Shown here: piece after piece, positions 26,531 to 34,633 of the stretch
How positions within the stretch are numbered: the first letter of the stretch is position 1
How the letters are laid out: every line of letters starts with the position of its first letter
Assembly (NCBI GenBank): GCA_964451495.1
Contig: CAYVHS010000003.1
Span: forward strand, 24,826 to 88,825
Direction: 5' to 3'
DNA length: 64,000 bases
Source of the DNA: an uncultured Bdellovibrionales bacterium
GTDB taxonomy: Bacteria > Patescibacteriota > Minisyncoccia > Moranbacterales > UBA1568
Program-made: the position numbers and the translations under genes
Notes under the pieces: model-generated
The model's input: the letters and a program-made list of their open reading frames with translations, nothing else
Database searches by the model: none
Told to the model about the DNA's origin: nothing

Positions 26531-27262
26531 ATGCTTTTTCAAGACTTACAGCAATTTGGATTGAGCGAAAAGGAGGCTCGGGTCTATATGGCCCTGCTTG
26601 AGATTGGCGAAGCCTCTGTGGGACACATAACCCAGAAATCCGGCGTAAAACGCACCACCGTCTATGATGTAATAGAAGATTTGAAAGCATCCGGCCTCGT
26701 CGGTATGATAAAAAAAGAAAAGAAGACCCTGTATTTCGCCGAAGACCCCCGCTCTCTCGAAGGAAAGCTCGAAGAAAAAAAGGAAAGCCTAAAACGAATG
26801 CTTCCCGAACTCCTTTCTATTGCCAACTTCCTTGATAAAAAGCCAAAAATTCGATTTTACGAAGGCAAGGAAGGTATCAAGGAGGTGTACAAAGATACGC
26901 TCCAATATCCCGATCAAGAACTCCTGGCTTGGGTAGCGGAAGAAGCTATCGAGGCATTCGACGAGGCATTTCTCAACGCATACTATCTCCCCCGTCGTGT
27001 GGAAAAAAAGATTTGGGTCCGCGCTATCGCCCCCGATGTCCCACTCATGCAGCAGTATAAGGGTCAAGATGTCCCCTCGCTCCGGAAAACCCGTCTCATC
27101 GATGCCAAGCGCTTCCCCCTCGATGCCGAAATCAATCTCTACGGGAGAAACAAAATCGCCATCATGTCCTTTTCCGAACAGACCAGCCTCATCATCGAGA
27201 GCGAAAAAATATTTCGTACTCTCAAAAGTATTTTCGAGTGCCAATGGGAAAGCCTGGCATAA
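26531..27262 (+). CDS. TrmB-family transcriptional regulator
   Basis: 243 aa. LQQFGLSEKEARVYMALLEIGEASVGHITQKSGVKRTTVYDVIEDLKASGLV is the TrmB N-terminal wHTH, with a C-terminal sensing domain. Confidence 0.75.
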   Translation: MLFQDLQQFGLSEKEARVYMALLEIGEASVGHITQKSGVKRTTVYDVIEDLKASGLVGMIKKEKKTLYFAEDPRSLEGKLEEKKESLKRMLPELLSIANFLDKKPKIRFYEGKEGIKEVYKDTLQYPDQELLAWVAEEAIEAFDEAFLNAYYLPRRVEKKIWVRAIAPDVPLMQQYKGQDVPSLRKTRLIDAKRFPLDAEINLYGRNKIAIMSFSEQTSLIIESEKIFRTLKSIFECQWESLA

Positions 27263-27393
27263 GATTTACATTTTCATCAAACACCAAACACGCTACATCT
27301 GATACCTTTCTCGCCGTACACGTAGTCTCTCTCCTTGCACATAAAAACTCCCATCAAGGGAGTTTTTCATGTCTCGTTTTTGTATCGAACACA

Positions 27394-28662
27394 TCAAAGC
27401 TTGCTGAGCTCTTCTTCTATGACCTGCCGCTCATTCCAGGGCAGACGCTGATCACCGAGAGCCATCGTCTCCTCGGCGCCCTTGCCCGTGATGAGCACGA
27501 TATCGCCGATTTCAGCCAACTCTAGTGCTTGGTGGATTGCTTCGCGCCGATCAAATATCCGGTAATAACTTTTTGCTCCACTTGCTGTCTGCATGCGTTT
27601 CTTCTGCGTGATTCCCTTCTCTATATCATCGATAATCTGCTCGGGGTCTTCATGATACGGATCTTCGTTTGTGAGGATGACGATATCAGCATTCGATGAA
27701 ACTATCTCCCCCATCATAGGACGCTTGCCTCGATCACGCTCTCCACAAGCACCCAGGACATGAATAATTTTCGAACCAGGGATTTTGAGCGGGATGATAG
27801 ATCCATACAATTTCTCGAGTGCATCCGGAGTCACGGCGTAATCGATGAGGATATCAGCATTGATAGAATTAGGTACGAGCTCCATACGTCCTGGTACTCC
27901 CGTGATACTTTCGAGTGCTTCTTTGGCAATAGAGAAATCAATAGCGAGAAGCCGTGCGACACCGAGAGCTGCCAAAGCATTTTCGATATTGAAAAGACCT
28001 GGCAAATGTATATGGAACACTATACCCTCGACGACAAATTCCGTTCCATTGAAATCGAGCTCGATATTCTGCGCATAGAGATGCGCACTGACATCTTTGA
28101 CACTATAGGCGATGGCTTCTTTGCCCGTGATACGGAAAAACTCTGGCTCTTCCATATCAGCGTTAATCACAGCTTTGTTGGCCACTTCGAACAGCTTTTT
28201 CTTTGCATCGCGATATCCATCCATGGTCTTGTGATAATCGAGATGCTCGCGTGTGACATTGGTCATCACAGCGATCTCATAAGAAATACCCCAGACGCGA
28301 TTTTGATCGAGCGCGTGCGATGATGTTTCGATCACAGTATATTCGCATCCTTCGGCGACGGCTTCATAGAGAAACTTCTGTAGCTTCCATGGCGAAAGCG
28401 TCGTGAATTTCGAGGCATTGGTCCAATGTCTCTCGCCAATCTCGAAATTAATGGTGGATGCGAGCGCGATTTTTTTACCAGCCTGTTTCAAAATTCGAGC
28501 GATCATCTGCGTCGTCGTCGTCTTGCCGTTGGTCCCCGTCACACCGATCACTTTTATTTTTTTGCCAGGAAAACCGAAATACAAACAGGCCAGAACTGCC
28601 TGCGCAAGATGATACCGATTCTTGAGTGCCTGTGGCACGAATTGAGAGACGAAACGTTTCAT
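27394..28662 (-). CDS. Mur ligase family protein (MurE/MurF-like, short N-terminus)
   Basis: 422 aa. P-loop GVTGTNGKTTTTQMI, DYHKTMDGYRDAKKKLF, and a C-terminal Mur-ligase domain (...GKGAEETMALGD...). It lacks the ~100-aa N-terminal domain of canonical MurE, so the exact paralog is uncertain. Confidence 0.7.
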   Translation of the reverse strand: MKRFVSQFVPQALKNRYHLAQAVLACLYFGFPGKKIKVIGVTGTNGKTTTTQMIARILKQAGKKIALASTINFEIGERHWTNASKFTTLSPWKLQKFLYEAVAEGCEYTVIETSSHALDQNRVWGISYEIAVMTNVTREHLDYHKTMDGYRDAKKKLFEVANKAVINADMEEPEFFRITGKEAIAYSVKDVSAHLYAQNIELDFNGTEFVVEGIVFHIHLPGLFNIENALAALGVARLLAIDFSIAKEALESITGVPGRMELVPNSINADILIDYAVTPDALEKLYGSIIPLKIPGSKIIHVLGACGERDRGKRPMMGEIVSSNADIVILTNEDPYHEDPEQIIDDIEKGITQKKRMQTASGAKSYYRIFDRREAIHQALELAEIGDIVLITGKGAEETMALGDQRLPWNERQVIEEELSKL

Positions 28663-29588
28663 TTTTTTCGGAGAGAGCTGATAAATTTCTTGCCGTACCC
28701 GATACTCCTATAGAGGAAATATGCATGAGAATCGATAACGATATCATAGCATCCCGGGAAAATTATCGGCAGCGTCTTGGGCGAAAACCCCACCTTGAAA
28801 CGCGTGATACCTGCCCAGGTAGATGCCCTATCTTCGGTCTTGATACCACCGAAATCATACCGCGTGCACCCACGCGTTTTCGCAAATTTCATCTGCTCCC
28901 ACTGGAGGAGCATGGGTGCCATAACATCACGGTGTTCATCCGACGTCCCGCCGTGGAGATAAATAGCCGTCCCTTCATAGACGATGACGATATTGGCTGC
29001 CACTACTTTCCCCGCATATTCCGCTACAAACAAAAAACAAACATCTTCCGGCAGCACGGAGAAAAAATATTCATAATAGCTCCTCGGATGCGGCACGATG
29101 TCTTTGCGGAGAGCGGTAGCTAGGATGAGATCGAGAAACGCATCCTGATATTTCTTTTCTCGTGTCGCGAATACTTTCACACCCTTCTTTTCTGCCAGCC
29201 GTATATTATATCGGGTCTTCGACTTCATCGCTGCAAAAAGCACTTCTTCTGAAGGAGAGATATCGACGACGAACAATTCTTTCGGCTGCATATCATGCGG
29301 CGCCCGCACGAGCCTTACTCCTTGGCTCGCGAGCACACTCACTATCTCCTCTGTTTCCGGCTCGATCCGCAGCCACTTCGCCCCCGCTTTTTTTGCCTCC
29401 GCGAGAATATCCGCTATCTGAAATTTTTCGTTGACGGGTGCCATCGGAAAACGTGGTGTATACAGATACTTCCCGACGAAAGGAAGCTCATGCACGAAAC
29501 CATACATATCGTTTCCGATACGTACTTTGGTATGCCCGGCTACCTCTTGGAGATTAGCCCAGGCCTCTGATTGGAGAAACTCTTTCAT
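28659..29588 (-). CDS. FemAB/FemX-family peptidoglycan peptide-bridge aminoacyltransferase
   Basis: 309 aa with FemAB-type composition. It overlaps the Mur ligase gene by 4 nt, a peptidoglycan context. Confidence 0.7.
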   Translation of the reverse strand: MKEFLQSEAWANLQEVAGHTKVRIGNDMYGFVHELPFVGKYLYTPRFPMAPVNEKFQIADILAEAKKAGAKWLRIEPETEEIVSVLASQGVRLVRAPHDMQPKELFVVDISPSEEVLFAAMKSKTRYNIRLAEKKGVKVFATREKKYQDAFLDLILATALRKDIVPHPRSYYEYFFSVLPEDVCFLFVAEYAGKVVAANIVIVYEGTAIYLHGGTSDEHRDVMAPMLLQWEQMKFAKTRGCTRYDFGGIKTEDRASTWAGITRFKVGFSPKTLPIIFPGCYDIVIDSHAYFLYRSIGYGKKFISSLRKK

Positions 29589-30154
29589 TTGCCTAGATTT
29601 TTGAGCGCTTGACGGATACGGACACTGACATCGGTGATATCAGCCGGCACGAGTTTGAGAGCCTCGCGGGCTTCGGTGACAGAGTACCCGAGCGAAACCA
29701 ACGCCTCGATAGCGTCTTGGCCCGCGAGCGCGGTCGCCTGATCATCGATACCGATGGCGTCGACTTTGTTCTCGAGTTCGATGATGACCCGCTCAGCGGT
29801 TTTCTTGCCCACGCCCGAGACGCGAGTCAGGATACTCGGATCCTTGTTCACGATGGCTGTGCAGATAGTCCGAGGATCCGCTATAGACAGTATAGAAAGT
29901 GCTACCTTAGGCCCAATGCCAGAAATAGAAATGAGGAGTTCGAACATCGTCCGCTCTTCCTCGCTCAGAAACCCAAAGAGGGCGAATTGATCCTCGCGGA
30001 CATGCGTATGAATATGGAGTAATACCTGGTCTTTGCCCGCAAGCTTGCCGAGCGTATACGCGGAAAGCGCCACCAAATATCCCACGCCTCCCACCATGAG
30101 AATAATAGAATTTCCTTTGATTCCGGCAATTTTCCCTTCCAGCTGTGCGCTCAT
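29585..30154 (-). CDS. ruvA: Holliday junction branch-migration complex subunit RuvA
   Basis: 189 aa. MSAQLEGKIAGIKGNSIILMVGGVGYLV...HVREDQFALFGF...GIGPKVALSIL. Confidence 0.85.
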   Translation of the reverse strand: MSAQLEGKIAGIKGNSIILMVGGVGYLVALSAYTLGKLAGKDQVLLHIHTHVREDQFALFGFLSEEERTMFELLISISGIGPKVALSILSIADPRTICTAIVNKDPSILTRVSGVGKKTAERVIIELENKVDAIGIDDQATALAGQDAIEALVSLGYSVTEAREALKLVPADITDVSVRIRQALKNLGK

Positions 30155-30355
30155 ACAAATAGATTTCTAGACTCTTTTCTAATAATCCTGATAAAGTGGG
30201 CAAACAAAATACCTGCCTTCAGAGTACTTTGCCATTGTAACACGCTGTTTTCCAGATACAAAAGCTTGCCAAAAGGCTTTATGCATGCTACAAATGGTAT
30301 GTCTCAACCAATGCTCATTGTATCATTAATTATAAAGCTTCAAGCTTAAAAGAAT

Positions 30356-30628
30356 ATGCCGATCAAAAAAGCAGCCATCAAGTACATGCGCGTTACTGCG
30401 AAAAATACGCTCCGCAACAAGATCGTGACGGGTGTCGTGAAAAGCGCCGTCAAGAAGACTCGTGAAGCCGTTGCTACCGGAAAAATTGCTGATGCCCAAG
30501 ACGAACTGAAAAAGGCCATCAAAGCGATCGACAAAGCAGCCCAGAAAAAGGTCATCAAGAAAAACACCGCTGCTCGCAAGAAGTCCCGCCTAAACGCTCT
30601 CGTCAAGAAAGCCGCAGCAAAGAAATAG
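30356..30628 (+). CDS. rpsT: 30S ribosomal protein S20
   Basis: 90 aa. MPIKKAAIKYMRVTAKNTLRNK..., Lys/Ala-rich and typical of S20. Confidence 0.9.
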   Translation: MPIKKAAIKYMRVTAKNTLRNKIVTGVVKSAVKKTREAVATGKIADAQDELKKAIKAIDKAAQKKVIKKNTAARKKSRLNALVKKAAAKK

Positions 30629-30650
30629 TCTTCGCCTACTGTATACAATA

Positions 30651-30679
30651 AAACCTCCCACAAGGGAGGTTTTTGTTTT
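30651..30679 (+). terminator. Intrinsic terminator after rpsT (CCTCCC-acaa-GGGAGG + TTTTTGTTTT)
   Basis: aaaacctcccacaagggaggtttttgtttt. Confidence 0.7.
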
Positions 30680-30729
30680 GAAAATTCTGTTTTTATTTCT
30701 CCAAAAAAGGAAAGGGGCTCAAAAATATT

Positions 30730-31704
30730 TTAGAACTTGCAGACAAACAGGTCTAGCACGACTAGCGGATCCATACCGCCGGTTTTGAGCTTGGTGTCGA
30801 AACCGGAAAGCATCTCTAGCCCTTTTTTCAGACGCGAGAGCGGGAAACCCTCGATGATACCGAGCATCTTCTGTACGGCAAATGGCGGGAGTTTCGTTTG
30901 CGATGCGATATCGCCCGCTCGTCTCATCCCCTGATCATAGGCTTCACGCACGACGAGGAGCCGTCTCGTCTGCCACGCACACATCGCGAGAATAGGGAAG
31001 GCACTTTCTGTATTGCTCACTTCCTGACGAAACAACATGAGCGCTCTCTTCCGATCACTCCGCCCGAGTGCATCGAGCGCTTCAAACAGCACGTTCTCTG
31101 GTGTGCCCTCAATAAACAGAGCGATATCCTCTATAATGATTTCTTTCCTTTCTCCCTTGTATGCTACCAATTTTTCCAATTCAGAAACCGCCCGAGCCGT
31201 ATCACCGCCAACTGCCGATACAAACATCCGTAGCGCTTCTCGTGAAAAACTCGATGCTGCATCGATACGAGCGAGTTCTCCTTCTATAGTTTTCGTGATA
31301 GACCCCAGGTCCTTCTCACTTTGCTTGGGAAAATTTTCTTCTTTGTCAGCCTGCTTGAGGAGGAGACTCGTCACAGGATGTGTCTTTTTGATTTTTCCTG
31401 GATGGATAAAAACAAGCGTCGTATCAGTCTGATTTTCTTTCTGACTCTTCATGAATTGCACGAGCATCTTTTCTGGGCCTTCTCCAAGCTCGAAAGGATG
31501 CAGAATGATCACCATTTTTCGCGACGCGAACAACCCGCCCTCACAGGCATCGAGAGCTCGTCTGACATGTTCCGGTGTCCCCTGATCTTCGAAATCAAAC
31601 GTAAAAATATCTGCTTCCGGATATTTCTCCGCAAACGCTTTTTGGAGATCTCTCCTACGTCGAGACAAGAGAAACTGGTCTTCACCATGGAGAAAGAGAA
31701 TCAT
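30730..31704 (-). CDS. holA: DNA polymerase III delta subunit
   Basis: ORF trimmed to MILFLHGEDQFLL... Length and composition fit HolA. Confidence 0.7.
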   Translation of the reverse strand: MILFLHGEDQFLLSRRRRDLQKAFAEKYPEADIFTFDFEDQGTPEHVRRALDACEGGLFASRKMVIILHPFELGEGPEKMLVQFMKSQKENQTDTTLVFIHPGKIKKTHPVTSLLLKQADKEENFPKQSEKDLGSITKTIEGELARIDAASSFSREALRMFVSAVGGDTARAVSELEKLVAYKGERKEIIIEDIALFIEGTPENVLFEALDALGRSDRKRALMLFRQEVSNTESAFPILAMCAWQTRRLLVVREAYDQGMRRAGDIASQTKLPPFAVQKMLGIIEGFPLSRLKKGLEMLSGFDTKLKTGGMDPLVVLDLFVCKF

Positions 31705-31804
31705 AAGACAGTCAACAGATAACAAATACCATATTCCTCATTATACACTCCAAAACAAAAGCGGGCACCTGCCCGCTTTAACATCCTCTTTTTGTTCTAT
31801 TTTA

Positions 31805-32932
31805 CTAAACCGGCTCCCATTTCAGGGCCTGGCCTGGCTCGAGCACCTCGACCCACATCTGCCCCGGGACAAAGTTTATCTCATTGCCCGACTCATCGAA
31901 GAAAAAAAGCTTGCTCGAGATATTCGACTTATCTTTCTTCCATGTTCCCCTCTGCTGTTGTCCGTTCATATAGTAGAACGCGTCACCGCTATCCTGAGTA
32001 TCGTACCATGGGTCACCAAGCTGCACGTTGTTGTACTGTCCTTCGATCTGCTCGGACTGTGCCATGAGAACGATGACGTTCTTGGGTGCATTGCGTTTTT
32101 TATTGTTGCGATCGATGTCCGGCACGTTCCCCCATGTACGGAGATAGCTATTGGTAGTGCGATCATAATCGTATTCGACTGCGAAAGGCCCGGCAAAGGC
32201 TACGCGTAGATGGCCTCCTTGTGGACGCTGATCGAGAGCTACTTCGGGAGCATGTTTGTACCCGACGAATTTGTTTTCCAGACGATACCCGAAATCTTTG
32301 GCACACTGGAAAAATCCTTCTCCCTTGCCATAGCCACTATCGACACCGCGAGCCATACCTTCTTTGCGGAAACAAGGGTTCTCCGGACAAGCGTTGGCTG
32401 ATTTGCCGGCGTCACCGTTACAGTTGATATTTTCTATCTCACCACGATCGAGGATACCCTTGGCAAGCCCGGTCGGATCGGATTCAGAATGTGATTCAGA
32501 CCGTCCCCAAGAAACAAAGATAGCATCGATGCCTTTGGCAAGATCGATGAAGTCATGCCGTGCGCTCCGCATCGATCCGACTTCGGTCGGTGTATTGCAG
32601 AGGTATACCCCCATGAGCCGTGTAATACTCGAAGTAATGACCGGGATTTCGAAAACCATGTCCGCCTCAGAAAATCCTGCTGTGGGTCGAGCCGTCACGT
32701 CGCCTGGCTGCATCACAGCGATCGGGCGTCGATTCCAATTATCACATGGGAGACCGGAAATTGGGCTGACGTTACCCTCATTGACTGGCGCCGTCTGTAC
32801 GGCAGCCTGGTTTTTAGTATTATTGATTTCTATTGGCTTACGAGCCTCCTGCTTACCAAAAACAAAGTAACCGATTATCGCGGTCACTACAACGGCGAGC
32901 AGGGCGATGATAACCCTCTGACGTTTGTCCAT
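31805..32932 (-). CDS. DUF3048-domain protein (YerB-like), membrane anchored
   Basis: ORF trimmed to MDKRQRVIIALLAVVV... The ...NWNRRPIAVMQPGDVTARPTAGFSEADMVFEIPV... region is characteristic of DUF3048. Confidence 0.65.
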   Translation of the reverse strand: MDKRQRVIIALLAVVVTAIIGYFVFGKQEARKPIEINNTKNQAAVQTAPVNEGNVSPISGLPCDNWNRRPIAVMQPGDVTARPTAGFSEADMVFEIPVITSSITRLMGVYLCNTPTEVGSMRSARHDFIDLAKGIDAIFVSWGRSESHSESDPTGLAKGILDRGEIENINCNGDAGKSANACPENPCFRKEGMARGVDSGYGKGEGFFQCAKDFGYRLENKFVGYKHAPEVALDQRPQGGHLRVAFAGPFAVEYDYDRTTNSYLRTWGNVPDIDRNNKKRNAPKNVIVLMAQSEQIEGQYNNVQLGDPWYDTQDSGDAFYYMNGQQQRGTWKKDKSNISSKLFFFDESGNEINFVPGQMWVEVLEPGQALKWEPV

Positions 32933-32981
32933 AGAATAGATGGTTTTAAAAAATTTAACATGACTCCTCAGAAACAGGGAG

Positions 32982-33833
32982 TCACTTCTGACAACCGAGA
33001 CAGTAGAAAACACTTCTCTGCCCGATTTTTTTTCGCTCTATTATTGTATCACATTTCTTGCAAGGCTCATGCTCGCGATTGTAGACATAGAGGGTACGCT
33101 GAAACCGCCCCTGCAAACCATCTGTATCACGGAAGTCTCCATCACTCGTACCACGGAGCTTCACTGCTTTGCGGAGTACCGTTTTTATTCCGAGGAGCAG
33201 CTCTTTTCTCTCTCGTTCCGAGAGTGTAGCGATTCGTCGTATTGGCAAAATACCAGCGAGGAAAAGCGCTTCGCTCCGATAGATATTGCCGATACCAGCA
33301 ATGAGATTCTGATCAAGCATGGCGACACTCACCATCGCTGTCTTTTTTTTCTCTAGGAGCGCATCAAAAGTTTTCTGGTTGAGTGCTGGCGAGAGCGCGT
33401 CGATACCGAGGACGGCAATACTTTTCAGTGTTTCTACTTCTTCTGTTTCTATGACTCGCAACCAGCCGAATTTTCGCATGTCAGAAAATTCGACAGTCGT
33501 ACCGCTAGACAACGTGAAGATATGATGGATATAGCCATTCATAGGATCACTGACAAAGGCCTTTCCATTCCGATTTTTTTCGTTTTTCACGAGCAAATGC
33601 CCCGTCATCTTGAGATGAATCACGATAGAAGAGCCATTACCTAAATCGATGACTACATGTTTGCCGAAACGCCGCGTACCGAGAATCGTCGCGCCTTTCA
33701 CGCGCTTCACGAATACTGCATATGATGGATAAACGCTCTTTTTCCAGTCACTCCAAAAACCAGCAATCGCTTCCCCGACCACTTTTGCTCCCAGCTGCGA
33801 CACGACCGTTTGGACTTCTGGTAATTCCGGCAT
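32982..33833 (-). CDS. mutM: Formamidopyrimidine-DNA glycosylase (Fpg/MutM)
   Basis: ORF trimmed to MPELPEVQTV (N-terminal catalytic Pro). The C-terminal zinc finger is CKKCDTIIERKKIGQRSVFYCLGCQK. Confidence 0.85.
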   Translation of the reverse strand: MPELPEVQTVVSQLGAKVVGEAIAGFWSDWKKSVYPSYAVFVKRVKGATILGTRRFGKHVVIDLGNGSSIVIHLKMTGHLLVKNEKNRNGKAFVSDPMNGYIHHIFTLSSGTTVEFSDMRKFGWLRVIETEEVETLKSIAVLGIDALSPALNQKTFDALLEKKKTAMVSVAMLDQNLIAGIGNIYRSEALFLAGILPIRRIATLSERERKELLLGIKTVLRKAVKLRGTSDGDFRDTDGLQGRFQRTLYVYNREHEPCKKCDTIIERKKIGQRSVFYCLGCQK

Positions 33834-33925
33834 ACAGACCTTCTTTAAAGCAATAATAAAGCCATCTATTGACAAAACGATATAAGTATGCTATCCTATA
33901 ATCCCAAAAAGATTGGAGTATACTC

Positions 33926-34159
33926 ATGTCGCCAGAGCAGGTAACAGAGACTCTCCGAAACAGAATCGTAGAATTCGGAGATAGATCATCCTATGTGCTT
34001 TTTGAGGAAGAGTTCCTTGTTGGAAAAGCACATGGCCTATTCACTGCAATCCAAGAGCCTGAGAATCGCAATGATGGAACCATCATCACCGCTGTGATTT
34101 TCGAAGGGAAAAAATTCCTCTGCGTGGAAGAAGATGGTACTACCTCTTTTTTCCATTGA
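33926..34159 (+). CDS. Small hypothetical protein
   Basis: 77 aa. GGAG lies 8 nt upstream of the ATG. No motif. Confidence 0.35.
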   Translation: MSPEQVTETLRNRIVEFGDRSSYVLFEEEFLVGKAHGLFTAIQEPENRNDGTIITAVIFEGKKFLCVEEDGTTSFFH

Positions 34160-34187
34160 ACGCCTACCTTACCAGTAGTCGTTTTTT

Positions 34188-34571
34188 TTACACCTCGACA
34201 ATAAGCTGCTCGCGCCCGCTTATAGAGTGAGCCATATTGGCAACTCGTTGCAAATCATCAGGGTCTTTTTTACTAACCGCTTCATGATCAAGCCCAAAAA
34301 CCATAATGCACAGCTGATTGTGCAACCGCCTTCTTCTTGTTTGACTATTCTCTAATCTTCCCATATCAACCCTATGTGAAGTATTTTCATTAAACACCTC
34401 TCTCGAATATTCACCACATATCACCCTTAGTCTTTTGTATGCTTCCGTCCCTACTTTTGGAAAAACAACATTCCGAAGACCAAAATCCAGTGCCGCTTCT
34501 TCAAACACATTTTCTGTATCAGGAACTTCGGCTGTATTGCTAGGCATCATATTTTCTGCAGACATACTCAA
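34188..34571 (-). CDS. Hypothetical protein in an AT-rich segment
   Basis: 127 aa with a weak RBS. The local AT-richness (34.16-34.63 kb) differs from the flanks. Confidence 0.3.
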   Translation of the reverse strand: MSMSAENMMPSNTAEVPDTENVFEEAALDFGLRNVVFPKVGTEAYKRLRVICGEYSREVFNENTSHRVDMGRLENSQTRRRRLHNQLCIMVFGLDHEAVSKKDPDDLQRVANMAHSISGREQLIVEV

Positions 34572-34633
34572 AAATATTCATTGATTACTAGATACGTTCC
34601 TCAATATATCATGAATTTTCTCCTTAGGAAGGA

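Noticed and set aside
32555-33229. 224-aa plus-strand ORF
   Set aside because: It is antisense to the DUF3048 and fpg genes.
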